Shown here piece after piece: positions 41,202 to 51,816 of a stretch of DNA of 64,000 nucleotides. The stretch's first letter is position 1; every line of letters starts with the position of its first letter. Below the pieces are notes generated by a model. That model worked only from the letters and a program-made list of their open reading frames with translations. It had not been told where the DNA came from and ran no database searches. The position numbers and the translations under genes were made by a program. Source of the stretch: a bacterium (lineage in GTDB: Bacteria; Patescibacteriota; Patescibacteriia; Magasanikbacterales; GWA2-37-8); contig JBDROJ010000027.1 of the NCBI GenBank assembly GCA_043810165.1, positions 36,974 through 100,973 on the forward strand, read 5' to 3'.

Positions 41202-42230
41202 TTATGAATCAATAATTAAATCTAGCATATCAGAAAAACCAATACCCATCTGGCTAGCCGATTCCGGCAATAGGCTGGTTGGCGTCATGCCAGGAATAGT
41301 GTTGGTTTCAATTACATAAATTCTTTCATCTTTGGCAACAAATACATCCGTGCGCGACATGCCTTTACAATCTAAAATTTTATGAGCTTTCAGAGCTATT
41401 TCTTGGATTCTTTTATTAATCTCTTTAGAAAAATCAGCCGGACAAATATGAGTTGAACCGCCATCGTCATATTTAGAAGCTAAGTCGTAAAAATCACCCT
41501 TATTGGCAATGATATGAGTAGTTGGTGTGGCAAATGGCTTGCCGTCTCTTTCTAAAATTCCACAAGTTCCCTCTTGTCCTTCAATATATTGTTGAGCCAT
41601 TATCCAATCTGAAGTTAAAAACGAACTAATTATCGTGTCTTCTAATTTTTGTTCTTGTTTTACCAGAAACGTACCCACACTACTGCCTTGATCCACTGGT
41701 TTAATTACAACTGGAAATCCCAGTTGTTTTTTAATTTCTTCTACTAGCTCTCCCCTGTTTTGCTCCCAGTTTTGTTTTTTGAAATCAATATGATCAGGCA
41801 CTAATAAACCGTTTTGTCTGTAAATTTCAGCGGTCTTTGCCTTGTTCATGGCTAATGCACTGGCTAGTACGCCTGATCCGGTATATTTAATCCCCAAAGT
41901 CTCTAGCATACCCTGAACACACCCATCTTCACCATATGTACCATGCATAGCTATAAAAATCTTGTCTATCTGGCTATTAACTTTATTCAAAACGTGGTCT
42001 AATTTGATTAATTCTTTTGTATATGATCTGGTCTTATTAGAACTAGATCCATTTAATTGAAAATAATACTGGCCATCTAAAAAAAGCTGGCCTTGTTTAG
42101 ACATTTCAATTGGCAAAACTTCGTATTTTTCTTTATTCAAATTATCACAAATCGCTTTTCCAGTAACCAAAGAAATCTCTCGTTCTGCTGAAGGCCCTCC
42201 CATTAAAACGCCAATACATTTTTTAGGCAT
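41202..42230 (-). CDS. ddl: D-alanine--D-alanine ligase
   Basis: GGPSAEREIS, HGTYGEDG, GSSVG, NTIPGMT. Confidence 0.95.
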   Translation of the reverse strand: MPKKCIGVLMGGPSAEREISLVTGKAICDNLNKEKYEVLPIEMSKQGQLFLDGQYYFQLNGSSSNKTRSYTKELIKLDHVLNKVNSQIDKIFIAMHGTYGEDGCVQGMLETLGIKYTGSGVLASALAMNKAKTAEIYRQNGLLVPDHIDFKKQNWEQNRGELVEEIKKQLGFPVVIKPVDQGSSVGTFLVKQEQKLEDTIISSFLTSDWIMAQQYIEGQEGTCGILERDGKPFATPTTHIIANKGDFYDLASKYDDGGSTHICPADFSKEINKRIQEIALKAHKILDCKGMSRTDVFVAKDERIYVIETNTIPGMTPTSLLPESASQMGIGFSDMLDLIIDS

Positions 42231-42232
42231 AT

Positions 42233-43462
42233 TTATTTAAGATAATTAAGAGGATTTACAGGAATTCCATTTGAGCGAACTTCAAAATGAAGATGCGGAC
42301 CAGTAACGAATGGGCCTGCACCAACTGTGCCAGGAGTTCCTCCAGAATAGCCAATAAGATCACCTTTATTTACAAACTGATCTGGTACAACGGTGATTTT
42401 GCTCATATGTCCGTATAGAGTTGAAAGACTACCTGTATGGACCAACAATACATAGCTATAACATGAAGCACTATAGCAAAGTCTTGCATGGGCCACATAT
42501 CCTGATGAAGCTGCATACAACGGCGTCCCCTGTCCTATCCCAATATCAATACCACTATGTTCAAATACATGTCGGTACGGATAATCAGGATCGTGAAAAT
42601 ATGAGGTAATATATCTACTATTTGTCGGCCAATTAAACGAGGTATCTCCCCCGCCTTGAGAAATTTTATTTTGAGCCGCTAATTTCTTCTGAATTTCTCT
42701 TTCATAAGAACTAACTTCATCCTCAATGGCTTGATATTCTGTCTTCAAATTAGCCAACAAAGTCTGGTACTGTGACTCTGACCACTGTGTTTTAGCCAAT
42801 AAGCCATTTTTATAATTAGACTGATCCTGTTGATCTTGGCGCTGTAAAACAAGTTTTTTCTTTAATTCTTCTTGATCACTCTGATATTTTTCCGACTCTT
42901 TTTTCTTGGCATCTAATTCTTCTTTGCTTAAACGCAAGCTCTTTACGGTCCTTCCAAGATCTTGATAAACTGTTTCTAAATTTTGAATTTGATCATAAAA
43001 TTCAGAGAAGCTGTTGTTAGTTAACAAAATTTCCAAATAAGACTTATTCTGCTCGCGATTTATGTTGCGCAACATATTGCCTATTATACTCTTTTGCTTG
43101 GTAATCAACTTTTCTTTACCATCTATACTTATTTTCAAAGCGTCTATTTCCAATTGCGCCTTTTGAATTTTTTCATCAGTAAGATCGATGTCAGCTTGTA
43201 TTCTGGCAACATGATTCTCTATTATACTCAATTGATTTTTAAGTGAAACTGCTTCAAGCTGTTTTTCCTTGACATTTTCTTTGTACACGGCAATACTGTC
43301 TTCTAATTGTTTAATTTTCTCTTTTCTTTCGCTAATCTTTTTATTCAATTCACCGATCTCTTGTTCTGCAGTTTGAGCAAAAGAATTTTGTACTACAAAA
43401 ACTGGTTGTGCCAACAAGCTAAAAATTAAAATTGAAATTAATATTAATATTATGCGTTTCAT
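42233..43462 (-). CDS. Secreted coiled-coil M23 peptidase (EnvC/CwlO-like)
   Basis: Signal peptide, coiled coil, HSGID, YGH, TGPHLHFE. Confidence 0.88.
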   Translation of the reverse strand: MKRIILILISILIFSLLAQPVFVVQNSFAQTAEQEIGELNKKISERKEKIKQLEDSIAVYKENVKEKQLEAVSLKNQLSIIENHVARIQADIDLTDEKIQKAQLEIDALKISIDGKEKLITKQKSIIGNMLRNINREQNKSYLEILLTNNSFSEFYDQIQNLETVYQDLGRTVKSLRLSKEELDAKKKESEKYQSDQEELKKKLVLQRQDQQDQSNYKNGLLAKTQWSESQYQTLLANLKTEYQAIEDEVSSYEREIQKKLAAQNKISQGGGDTSFNWPTNSRYITSYFHDPDYPYRHVFEHSGIDIGIGQGTPLYAASSGYVAHARLCYSASCYSYVLLVHTGSLSTLYGHMSKITVVPDQFVNKGDLIGYSGGTPGTVGAGPFVTGPHLHFEVRSNGIPVNPLNYLK

Positions 43463-43493
43463 GTTTATTGGCAATATTAAGTTAGTATTATTC

Positions 43494-43645
43494 TGCCGTT
43501 GCGAGGAGTCAGGGTGTTATTGTCATTGCAAGCCTAAGCGACCCGCCTGCCAACGCCTGAAGTCAGAGGGCAATGACGGGCAGGAGCAATCTCATACTTA
43601 CTGTAGCAACGAGACTGCTCCGTCGCTACGCTCCTCGCAATGACG
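43494..43645. repeat. Composite nested palindromic repeat
   Basis: Outer GTTGCGAGGAG/CTCCTCGCAATGAC, inner TGTCATTGC copy, CCCGCCTGCC...GGGCAGG insert. Confidence 0.75.
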
Positions 43646-43679
43646 ATGCTAATTTAAAAAGATTGGTATGATTTCAATA

Positions 43680-45152
43680 CTATACTACAATTCTTATGGC
43701 TTCCTCAATTCTTTGTAAAACTTTTTCTTTACCCAAAACACCAGCGATCTCAAATGGCCCTGGGGAATTCTTGCGCCCTGACAAAGCCACACGCATGGGC
43801 CAAAGCACTTCGCCATTAGTCAATTCATTTGTTTTGACCCATTCTACTATCCCCTGCTCTAGTTTTTCTTTGTCCCAGTCTTGAACACTAAATGTACTCA
43901 AATAATCTTTCAGGATTTCCAGATTTTTTTTGGTGGTTTGCTTATCGGATTTCTTCCAAATCAATAGTTCACTATCATACTCAAGCTTGCCAGCAAATAT
44001 AAAACCAACCGCTTCGGGCAAATCACTCAACTTATTCATACGCTCTTTTTCCAAAGCTACTACTTGTTCTAAATCTATATCTGTATGTCCAATATCTAGA
44101 CCTGCATTAACCAAAAATGGTTTACAGGCCTCTACCAAATCATCCAAATCCATACTGCGAATATACTGCTGGTTATACCAATCTAATTTATCTAAATTAA
44201 ATACGGCCGGAGCTTTAGAAACCTTATTAAAATCAAATTCTTTAATTAATTGCTCAAGACTAAATATTTCCCGTTCATCACCAGGATTCCAGCCCAAAAA
44301 AGCGATGAAATTAACCATGGCTTCAGGCAGATACCCGGCATCAATATAATCACGCACGCTTACATGCCCATGTCGCTTACTTAATTTTTGTTTCTTTTCA
44401 TTAACTAACAAAGATAAATGAGCATATTGAGGTAAATCCCAGCCAAACATTTTATAAAGCTGAATATGCTTTGGGGTTGATGGCAACCACTCTTCTCCTC
44501 TAATTATATGAGTAACTTCCATCAAATGGTCGTCAATTATGACTGCCAAATGATAAGTGGGAAAACCATCTGCCTTTAACAGCACCTGGTCATCAACTAA
44601 TTGATTTTTAAATTCTATTTCTCCCCTAACAATGTCCTTAATCACAGTCACCCCATCTTTTGGCATTTTCATGCGCACAATATACTCTTCTCCGGCCTCT
44701 ACTCTTTTTTTAGCCTCTTCTAGAGGTATCTCGCGACAATGGCCATCATAACCAGGAGCCATCTTGTTGACTTGTTGATATTCACGTAATTCATCCAGAC
44801 GTTCTTTGGTGCAAAAACAATGATAAGCATGGCCTTGATCTAACAATTGATCCAGATATTTTTTATAAATATCCAGGCGTTCTGATTGGATATATGGGCC
44901 ATTTTCGCCAGTTTGTGCAATATTATAGTCTTCTAATATAACTCCTTCATCAGGTTCTATACCTGCCCAAGCCAAAGAATATAACATATTTTCTACTCCG
45001 CCTTCAACATATCGTTCACGATCAGTATCTTCTACACGTAATAAAAATTTGCCATTTTGATTTTTAGCAAATAAATATTCAAACAAAGCAGTTCTCAAAC
45101 TGCCTACATGCAAAAATCCGGTTGGAGAGGGTGCAAATCGTGTTTTAATCAT
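43680..45152 (-). CDS. gltX: Glutamyl-tRNA synthetase
   Basis: RFAPSPTGFLHVG, IRGEEW, KLSKR. Confidence 0.97.
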   Translation of the reverse strand: MIKTRFAPSPTGFLHVGSLRTALFEYLFAKNQNGKFLLRVEDTDRERYVEGGVENMLYSLAWAGIEPDEGVILEDYNIAQTGENGPYIQSERLDIYKKYLDQLLDQGHAYHCFCTKERLDELREYQQVNKMAPGYDGHCREIPLEEAKKRVEAGEEYIVRMKMPKDGVTVIKDIVRGEIEFKNQLVDDQVLLKADGFPTYHLAVIIDDHLMEVTHIIRGEEWLPSTPKHIQLYKMFGWDLPQYAHLSLLVNEKKQKLSKRHGHVSVRDYIDAGYLPEAMVNFIAFLGWNPGDEREIFSLEQLIKEFDFNKVSKAPAVFNLDKLDWYNQQYIRSMDLDDLVEACKPFLVNAGLDIGHTDIDLEQVVALEKERMNKLSDLPEAVGFIFAGKLEYDSELLIWKKSDKQTTKKNLEILKDYLSTFSVQDWDKEKLEQGIVEWVKTNELTNGEVLWPMRVALSGRKNSPGPFEIAGVLGKEKVLQRIEEAIRIVV

Positions 45153-45903
45153 GTAATTTAGATAACAAAATTCCGGCAGTTATGGCCACATTTAAAGATT
45201 CGGCTGAACCGCTTCCTTTTATAGTATACCGCTTATCCAGTAGTTTTTCAACTTGTGGATTAATTCCATGCGATTCTGAACCTAAAATATAAGCGGTCTT
45301 GATTTTTTTGTTTATTTTTAGCTCTTTTCCATTCATGGTCAAACCGGATATCTGATAACCTTTTTTCTTTAAACTAGCTAGGGTTTTGGCCAAGTCTTTA
45401 CTCTGAAATACTTTAACGCGAAAAATTGAACCCATGGTGGCGCGTACTGTCTTGGGATTGTATAAATCTACACAATCTTCAGACAAAACCACGCTATTAA
45501 CTCCAAACCAATCAGCTGTGCGAATAATAGCGCCGAGATTGCCCGGATCTTTAATACAATCTAAACAAATAATTGAATTACCGCCAATCTCATCTAACTC
45601 ATATCCAATCTGTTTTACTATAGCTAATACTCCCGGAAAAGTATCGGTATCTTTTATCTTGCCCACATCATTATCATTGCAAAAGTCTACTACTATGTGT
45701 TTTTTGTGAGCTAGATCTATTATTTTTATAAATTCTGGCTCTTGTTTCTTATTATTCTGCACAATCACTCGTTGTACCTGTGCACTCGATTCTATTGCCT
45801 CCACCATTCCTTTTACTCCCTCAACCACAAATTCACTATGCTCGCGTCGGTATTTTTTTTGTTGTAGTTTATTTATGTGCTTTAAAATTTTTGTTTGAAG
45901 CAT
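45145..45903 (-). CDS. TrmH/SpoU family RNA methyltransferase
   Basis: DPGNLGAIIRTA, GSESHG, ESLNVA. Confidence 0.92.
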   Translation of the reverse strand: MLQTKILKHINKLQQKKYRREHSEFVVEGVKGMVEAIESSAQVQRVIVQNNKKQEPEFIKIIDLAHKKHIVVDFCNDNDVGKIKDTDTFPGVLAIVKQIGYELDEIGGNSIICLDCIKDPGNLGAIIRTADWFGVNSVVLSEDCVDLYNPKTVRATMGSIFRVKVFQSKDLAKTLASLKKKGYQISGLTMNGKELKINKKIKTAYILGSESHGINPQVEKLLDKRYTIKGSGSAESLNVAITAGILLSKLHD

Positions 45904-46655
45904 AATACTAGGTATAAAAATAAAAAAGTAGCTTTGAAAATTCTTTTTATACGTTTGGGTTGTTTAATTAAGCGATATAGCCACTCTAGACCTACTTTTT
46001 GCATCCACCTGGGAGCGCGTTTGGTTTTGCCAGAAATATAATCAAAAGCCCCGCCCACGCCCATGGCTAATTTAATACTTGATAATTTAGACAAGTTCTC
46101 ATATATCCATTTTTCTTGCTTACCATGACCAAAGGCAACAAATATAATATCCGGTTTGGTTGTGTTTATTCTTTTAATTAAGTCTTGATTTTGCTCTGAA
46201 GTTACATTCTTCAAATCCGGTCCTTTGTCATAACCAGCAATTTTTAAATTAGAGTATTTTCCATTCAATTTTTGGGTAGTTTTTTCTATCACCCGATCGT
46301 CACCAGAACCTAATAGATACACGCTTCTCCCCTGCTCTGAAGCTATTTGGCAAATATCTTGCATAAAATCTACTCCGGGAACACGTTCAAGAGATCCCTC
46401 CAATCGCTTCGCTCGGTCGGTCTGCAGGGATGACAATTTATATTTCAACCACAATCCAAACCCATCGCAAATATTCAAATCACCACTATTTAATACTTTT
46501 TTAAAATACTCGTCTTTTTGCGCATCAACCAGCATTTCCGGATTGGGCGTAAAAACCTTATGTTGTTTATCAGAATTCAAAAAACCTTCCGCCTTTTCCA
46601 AGGCTTGTTTTTTATTTACACGATCTATTCTTATTCCCATTACTTGTAGATGCAT
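45882..46655 (-). CDS. WecB/TagA/CpsF family glycosyltransferase
   Basis: TPNPE, ERVPGVD, KQEKW, GVGGAFD, RAP.W....GLEW.YRL. Confidence 0.92.
   Translation of the reverse strand: MHLQVMGIRIDRVNKKQALEKAEGFLNSDKQHKVFTPNPEMLVDAQKDEYFKKVLNSGDLNICDGFGLWLKYKLSSLQTDRAKRLEGSLERVPGVDFMQDICQIASEQGRSVYLLGSGDDRVIEKTTQKLNGKYSNLKIAGYDKGPDLKNVTSEQNQDLIKRINTTKPDIIFVAFGHGKQEKWIYENLSKLSSIKLAMGVGGAFDYISGKTKRAPRWMQKVGLEWLYRLIKQPKRIKRIFKATFLFLYLVLCFKQKF
46391..46435 (-). repeat. Half palindromic repeat embedded in frame in the TagA/WecG gene
   Basis: Minus strand TGTCATCCC...GACCGAGCGAAGCGATTGGAGGGATCTC matches the left arm of the 18434 element; 45 nt. Confidence 0.75.
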
Positions 46656-46679
46656 ACTTATGATACATAATAACACAAC

Positions 46680-46732
46680 TTGACAGGTTTTGACAATATA
46701 TGCTATTATCACTCTATAAGCAAGAGTGATAA
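46680..46732 (+). promoter_or_regulatory. clpB promoter overlapped by a CIRCE-like operator
   Basis: TTGACA-18-TATTAT; TTATCACTC-N9-GAGTGATAA at 46706-46732. Confidence 0.75.
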
Positions 46733-46790
46733 TAATCTCTTAATGATTAATACAATAATATAAATTATATTCTAAATATTTTATAAAAAT

Positions 46791-49427
46791 ATGATTCCAC
46801 AAAATTTCACTAATAAATCTCAAGAAATGTTGCAGAATGCCGCTTTAATAGCCGGCAGAAACGGCCAGCCACAGGTAGAACCCCCTCATCTGTTCTTTGC
46901 CTTGCTTGAAGACGAAGAAAGCATAGTTAATTCAACTCTGGCCAAGCTTAATATCAATACCATTGCATTAAAAGCTGAAATACAGGCCATGATTGATCAA
47001 CTTCAAAAACAAACTGGCCCGCTCACCCAGCAAGGCCCGATCAGCCAAATTATGCTTGGCCAATCAATGATATACATATTGCAAAACGCGGCTGAACAAT
47101 CTAAAAAAATGGGAGATGAATATGTGAGTGTAGAACATTTATTTTTATCTTTTTTAACAGGTAAAAATCCGGTCAGCCAAAGCTTGGAAAAGCAGGGGGT
47201 AAACCATGAGACAGTATTAAAAACTTTGGCTGAAATTCGCGGAACGCAAAAAGTGGACAACCTTGAACCGGAAACCAAATACAATGTACTAGAAAAATAC
47301 GGGCAAGATTTAACAGCCATGGCCGGTAAAGAAGAACTTGATCCAATCATCGGCAGAGATAGCGAAATCAGGCGCGTAATGCAAATTTTATCCCGCAGGA
47401 CAAAAAATAATCCTGTTTTGATCGGCGAGCCAGGCACTGGTAAAACCGCCATAGCCGAAGGATTGGCTCAAAGGATTGTGAATGGGGATGTGCCTGAATC
47501 ACTAAAAGACAAAAAAATAATTGCTCTTGACCTTGGCGCGCTTTTAGCCGGCACTAAATTCCGCGGTGAATTTGAAGACCGCCTTAAAGCAGTGCTCAAA
47601 GAAATAGAAAAATCTGCCGGTAAAATCATTCTTTTTATAGATGAACTTCATGCTATTGTCGGCGCAGGCTCTTCAGAAGGATCTGTTGATGCTTCCAATA
47701 TGCTTAAACCGGCTCTTGCCAGAGGCAAATTAAGAACCATAGGCGCAACTACCATTAAAGAGTATCAAAAACATGTGGAAAAAGATGCGGCCTTGGAGCG
47801 CCGATTCCAACCCGTGATGGTTAACGAGCCATCTAATGAAGATACTGTGGCCATTTTGCGCGGTATAAAGGAAAAATATGAAGTGCATCATGGCGTGCGC
47901 ATTACTGATTCAGCAATTATGTCAGCGGTTGAACTTTCCCAAAGATATATATCAGACCGCTTTCTGCCGGATAAAGCCATTGACTTGATTGATGAAGCAA
48001 CTTCTGCTTTGCGTATGCAGATTGATTCAATGCCGGATGAATTAGATAGTATGAAGCGCCGAATGATCAAACTGGAAATTGAAAAACGCGCTCTGCAAAA
48101 AGAAAAAGACCAAGATTCAAAAGACCGGCTAAAAAAATTAGAAAAAGAACTGGCTGAATTAAAAGAAAAAAGTTCAGAGCTGGAAGCGCGCTGGAAAAAT
48201 GAAAAAGAAGTGATAAGCCGGATTCATAGCCATAAAAAAGAAATTGACAGACTGCGCCAAGAAGCTGAGATTCAAGAACGCAAAGGCGACCTTCAAAAAG
48301 TTGCGGAAATCCGTTATGGTAAAATTCCAAATTTAACCGGAAGCATTAAAAAAGACGAGGAAAAACTGGTCAAACTGCAGAAAGATAAGGGAATTTTAAA
48401 AGAAGAAGTATCCGAAGAAGATATTGCAGGCGTGGTTTCACGATGGACAGGCATTCCCGTGGCTAAAATGTTACGGGATGAAGCCAGTAAATTGGCCAAT
48501 ATGGAAGCCGAACTTGAAAAAAGAGTGATTGGCCAGCAAGAAGCTGTCAAAGCCATCTCAAACGCCATAAGACGCTCACGCGCCGGAATATCCGAACCAA
48601 ATAGGCCTATTGGCTCATTCATGTTCTTAGGCCCAACCGGCGTGGGAAAAACAGAACTGGCCAAATCTTTGGCTGAATTTATGTTTGATACTGAAGAGTC
48701 GCTGGTGCGCGTGGATATGAGTGAATATATGGAAAAACATTCTGTCTCTAAAATAGTTGGCTCTCCCCCAGGATATATTGGGTTTGAAGAAGGCGGACAG
48801 CTAACTGAAATAATACGCCGTAAGCCATATTCAGTTATATTATTTGATGAAATTGAAAAAGCTCATCCGGATGTGTTTAATATTCTTTTGCAAATTCTTG
48901 ATGAAGGACATGTTACTGATTCAAAAGGACGGATTATAAACTTCAAAAATACAATTATAATAATGACCAGCAATCTTGGCAGTGACTTAATACTTGATTT
49001 TCACAAAAAAGGCGGGTTTGGCTTTGAAGACGGAAAGAAAAAATTCAAACACAATGAAAAAGAAATTGAAAAAACAATAATGGACAAGCTTCAAGAACAT
49101 TTCAAACCGGAATTCTTAAATCGCATTGATGAGATAACTATTTTCCATTCTTTAAATCAGCAACAAATCGCCAAAATTGTTGACTTGCAGATAGAACGCG
49201 TACAAACCAGATTAGAAGAAAAGAAAATATATTTAGAATTAGATGATACAGCAAAAAAATACCTGGCCAAAAAAGGGTATGATCCAGATTATGGCGCAAG
49301 GCCGTTGAAACGAGTAATCCAAAATGAATTAATGGATGAATTGGCTATGATGATAATTGAAAATAAAATTAAACCCGGAGAAAAAATAAAAGTAAGCGCT
49401 AAAAAAGACAAACTTGAAATCAGGTAA
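46791..49427 (+). CDS. clpB: Chaperone ClpB
   Basis: Two AAA modules ([16 protein letters not shown]) and a long middle coiled coil. Confidence 0.96.
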   Translation: MIPQNFTNKSQEMLQNAALIAGRNGQPQVEPPHLFFALLEDEESIVNSTLAKLNINTIALKAEIQAMIDQLQKQTGPLTQQGPISQIMLGQSMIYILQNAAEQSKKMGDEYVSVEHLFLSFLTGKNPVSQSLEKQGVNHETVLKTLAEIRGTQKVDNLEPETKYNVLEKYGQDLTAMAGKEELDPIIGRDSEIRRVMQILSRRTKNNPVLIGEPGTGKTAIAEGLAQRIVNGDVPESLKDKKIIALDLGALLAGTKFRGEFEDRLKAVLKEIEKSAGKIILFIDELHAIVGAGSSEGSVDASNMLKPALARGKLRTIGATTIKEYQKHVEKDAALERRFQPVMVNEPSNEDTVAILRGIKEKYEVHHGVRITDSAIMSAVELSQRYISDRFLPDKAIDLIDEATSALRMQIDSMPDELDSMKRRMIKLEIEKRALQKEKDQDSKDRLKKLEKELAELKEKSSELEARWKNEKEVISRIHSHKKEIDRLRQEAEIQERKGDLQKVAEIRYGKIPNLTGSIKKDEEKLVKLQKDKGILKEEVSEEDIAGVVSRWTGIPVAKMLRDEASKLANMEAELEKRVIGQQEAVKAISNAIRRSRAGISEPNRPIGSFMFLGPTGVGKTELAKSLAEFMFDTEESLVRVDMSEYMEKHSVSKIVGSPPGYIGFEEGGQLTEIIRRKPYSVILFDEIEKAHPDVFNILLQILDEGHVTDSKGRIINFKNTIIIMTSNLGSDLILDFHKKGGFGFEDGKKKFKHNEKEIEKTIMDKLQEHFKPEFLNRIDEITIFHSLNQQQIAKIVDLQIERVQTRLEEKKIYLELDDTAKKYLAKKGYDPDYGARPLKRVIQNELMDELAMMIIENKIKPGEKIKVSAKKDKLEIR

Positions 49428-49439
49428 ATAATCACAATT

Positions 49440-49469
49440 AAAAACCCCGGTTCATGGACCGGGGTTTTG
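49440..49469. terminator. Bidirectional terminator
   Basis: AAAACCCCGGT/ACCGGGGTTTT between convergent genes. Confidence 0.75.
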
Positions 49470-49470
49470 A

Positions 49471-51807
49471 TTATATTTTTTCTTTTTGCAGATCATCTAT
49501 TATATCCTTGGATTCTTCCGGGGTTAGCTTCCAACCAGGCGGGCTATCTTGATCTAGAATCTGCCTAAGTAATCTTCCTCCGTTTTTTTGATCAAGTGGC
49601 TTGGGCGCTAATCCATAACCGCTTAGCATTTTTTTTACTTCATCGCCTGTTCTCTGCCTTCTTTTTTTGACAGTTCCTTTCTTTTTAATTTTACCAGAGT
49701 GCGCAACTACTTCAGGCGCAAATACGAGTTTTGATTTTTGATCTGGCCTAACATCAGTCTTTGTTTTTGCCTTTAAATCAACCATATCCTTGCCCGCTGT
49801 TTTTGCCTTGGATAATATTTTTTTATATACCTCTTTTTTTCTAGCTTGTTCAGCCTTAAAATCAATTCTCTTAATAGCTTTAGCCTTTTCCTCTTCTGGC
49901 TGTTCCACATCATTTTGAAAAGCTTCATAAGCAAGCCCGCCTGCGACTGCGCCAATACCGGCAACTGCGATTGCTTTTTTCCAATGTTTTTTTGCAAAAT
50001 TTGGTTCTTCATTATACCTTCTAACTCTTGGTTCAGCAACTTGAGTAAATAATTCCGCACCTCTTACCGGATCATACATTCCTTCAGGTTTTATTTTAGC
50101 TTTACCAGCTGTGAGAGACTTAATTGCATCCAAAGTCACACGCATTAAAGCCATACCTCCCACGAACTGACCTTTTTTAATGGTTTTCAGCCATGCTATA
50201 TCAACATTTTTACCGTATAACAATTTATCAAAGAAACCAACTTTTGTCTTATATGACCGCTCCAATACTCCATTAAACAACGCTAACGTCATATCTCTGG
50301 CTATTTTGTCAGCTTCTCTCTCCAAATCCGCATGCACATCCGTGGAAAAATTTTCATAGACTTGTTCTAGAGTGGGCTTTATGATATTTACAGCCAATAT
50401 TCTTTGTATTTCTGATTTATCTTTTCTGATCAAGGCGCTTTTAATTTCTTCCCATCTTATTGTAAATCTGGCTTTTAAATTTTCTTCCAAAGTAGCAAAT
50501 TCTTGGGCATCAATCATAGCAGGGTCCAGGTTTTCTATTGACTCATTATCAACAAACGGCGATTCGGCCGGTTTTTCAAAATCATCCTCTGTTTCTTTTT
50601 CTTGTACAATTTCATGGCCCTGTTTTTTTATAAACTCATTCAAAGGAACCCTAATCATTTTTCCCTGACTTTTTATTTCTTCCCATTCTTCGTCAGTAGC
50701 TAAGACAGCCTCTTTTTCGTTAGATACAAATGGTGATTCGGCCGGTTTTTCATAAACAGTCTTAGAATCTAAATAATTCTCCCTGGTCATTTTCACTTGT
50801 TTTTCAAAATTTTTAGCTACCTGGACTGGTAAATTTTCTATATCTTCTTCATAATGAGAAATTATCTCTCCTATGGTGGAAATATACATTTCTTCTCCGC
50901 CTTGCTCAATATCTTCAGGTTCAACATCTTGCAACATCTTTGCATATTGTGATATTTCAGATTTCAAAGATTGTGCTTCTTTAGTAATTAACAAACTTGT
51001 GGGCAATTCTTTGATTTTTTTCAGCAAGATTGTAAGCCTGTCTCTCAATCGCTTAAGACCAAATTTCAAATTGGGTGGTTCTCCTTCTCCGCCACCACCG
51101 CCTGCTTTGGCTGAATTCTCTTCAACTTGAGTGGATTGCGAAAACGAACCGGGCTGGCTATTATCACCGGATACATTGTCCACGGACGCGGTTCCAACCA
51201 CGGTTTCTGACTTGTGAAGGCTCTCAAGAATTTGAGTGAATTTTTTAATCTCTTCCAAACTATAATTTTTGGCCTTTTTTACCAATTTCCACATCTTTTC
51301 GGCAGTTGCTTGATCCTTTATTTTTCCTATCATTTGAGCTGCTAAAACATATTCAACTGCCCTTTCAGTTTTTTCTAAATCATGGTGGCTCAAATGTTCC
51401 GGATCTACGGAAGCAAAAACTTTGGCGTATTTATCCCTTAAATCAGAATTCTGTATTTGCTCGGCCCTTTGTTCAATTTCTGTCAACTTATTTTCTATAA
51501 ATTCACGTTCTTGCTTTTTCAATTGCGCTACCCGATCTTTTAATCTGGCCAAATCTTGATTGACCGTATCATCTTCAAAGCCACCTTCTCTAATCATCAT
51601 GTCAGTAATATTTAAATCTGATTCAAGATCTTGATAATCTGATTTTTTTTGTATTTTAATATCAGCCAAATCTTTTCTTAAAGATTCAACCAATTTCAAA
51701 CGAGATTCTTTTAACTTTGGAGTAAACTGAAGAACTTCGGCGCCTTGTCTTTGTGTTTCTCTATTGTCTTCGCCAAACGAATGAGTATTTTTAGCAAAGT
51801 CAATCAT
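49471..51807 (-). CDS. Large orphan coiled-coil protein with a late TM segment
   Basis: 778-aa ORF; AIAVAGIGAVAGGLAY TM; duplicated EKPAESPFV. Confidence 0.8.
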   Translation of the reverse strand: MIDFAKNTHSFGEDNRETQRQGAEVLQFTPKLKESRLKLVESLRKDLADIKIQKKSDYQDLESDLNITDMMIREGGFEDDTVNQDLARLKDRVAQLKKQEREFIENKLTEIEQRAEQIQNSDLRDKYAKVFASVDPEHLSHHDLEKTERAVEYVLAAQMIGKIKDQATAEKMWKLVKKAKNYSLEEIKKFTQILESLHKSETVVGTASVDNVSGDNSQPGSFSQSTQVEENSAKAGGGGGEGEPPNLKFGLKRLRDRLTILLKKIKELPTSLLITKEAQSLKSEISQYAKMLQDVEPEDIEQGGEEMYISTIGEIISHYEEDIENLPVQVAKNFEKQVKMTRENYLDSKTVYEKPAESPFVSNEKEAVLATDEEWEEIKSQGKMIRVPLNEFIKKQGHEIVQEKETEDDFEKPAESPFVDNESIENLDPAMIDAQEFATLEENLKARFTIRWEEIKSALIRKDKSEIQRILAVNIIKPTLEQVYENFSTDVHADLEREADKIARDMTLALFNGVLERSYKTKVGFFDKLLYGKNVDIAWLKTIKKGQFVGGMALMRVTLDAIKSLTAGKAKIKPEGMYDPVRGAELFTQVAEPRVRRYNEEPNFAKKHWKKAIAVAGIGAVAGGLAYEAFQNDVEQPEEEKAKAIKRIDFKAEQARKKEVYKKILSKAKTAGKDMVDLKAKTKTDVRPDQKSKLVFAPEVVAHSGKIKKKGTVKKRRQRTGDEVKKMLSGYGLAPKPLDQKNGGRLLRQILDQDSPPGWKLTPEESKDIIDDLQKEKI

Positions 51808-51816
51808 AAAATTTAA

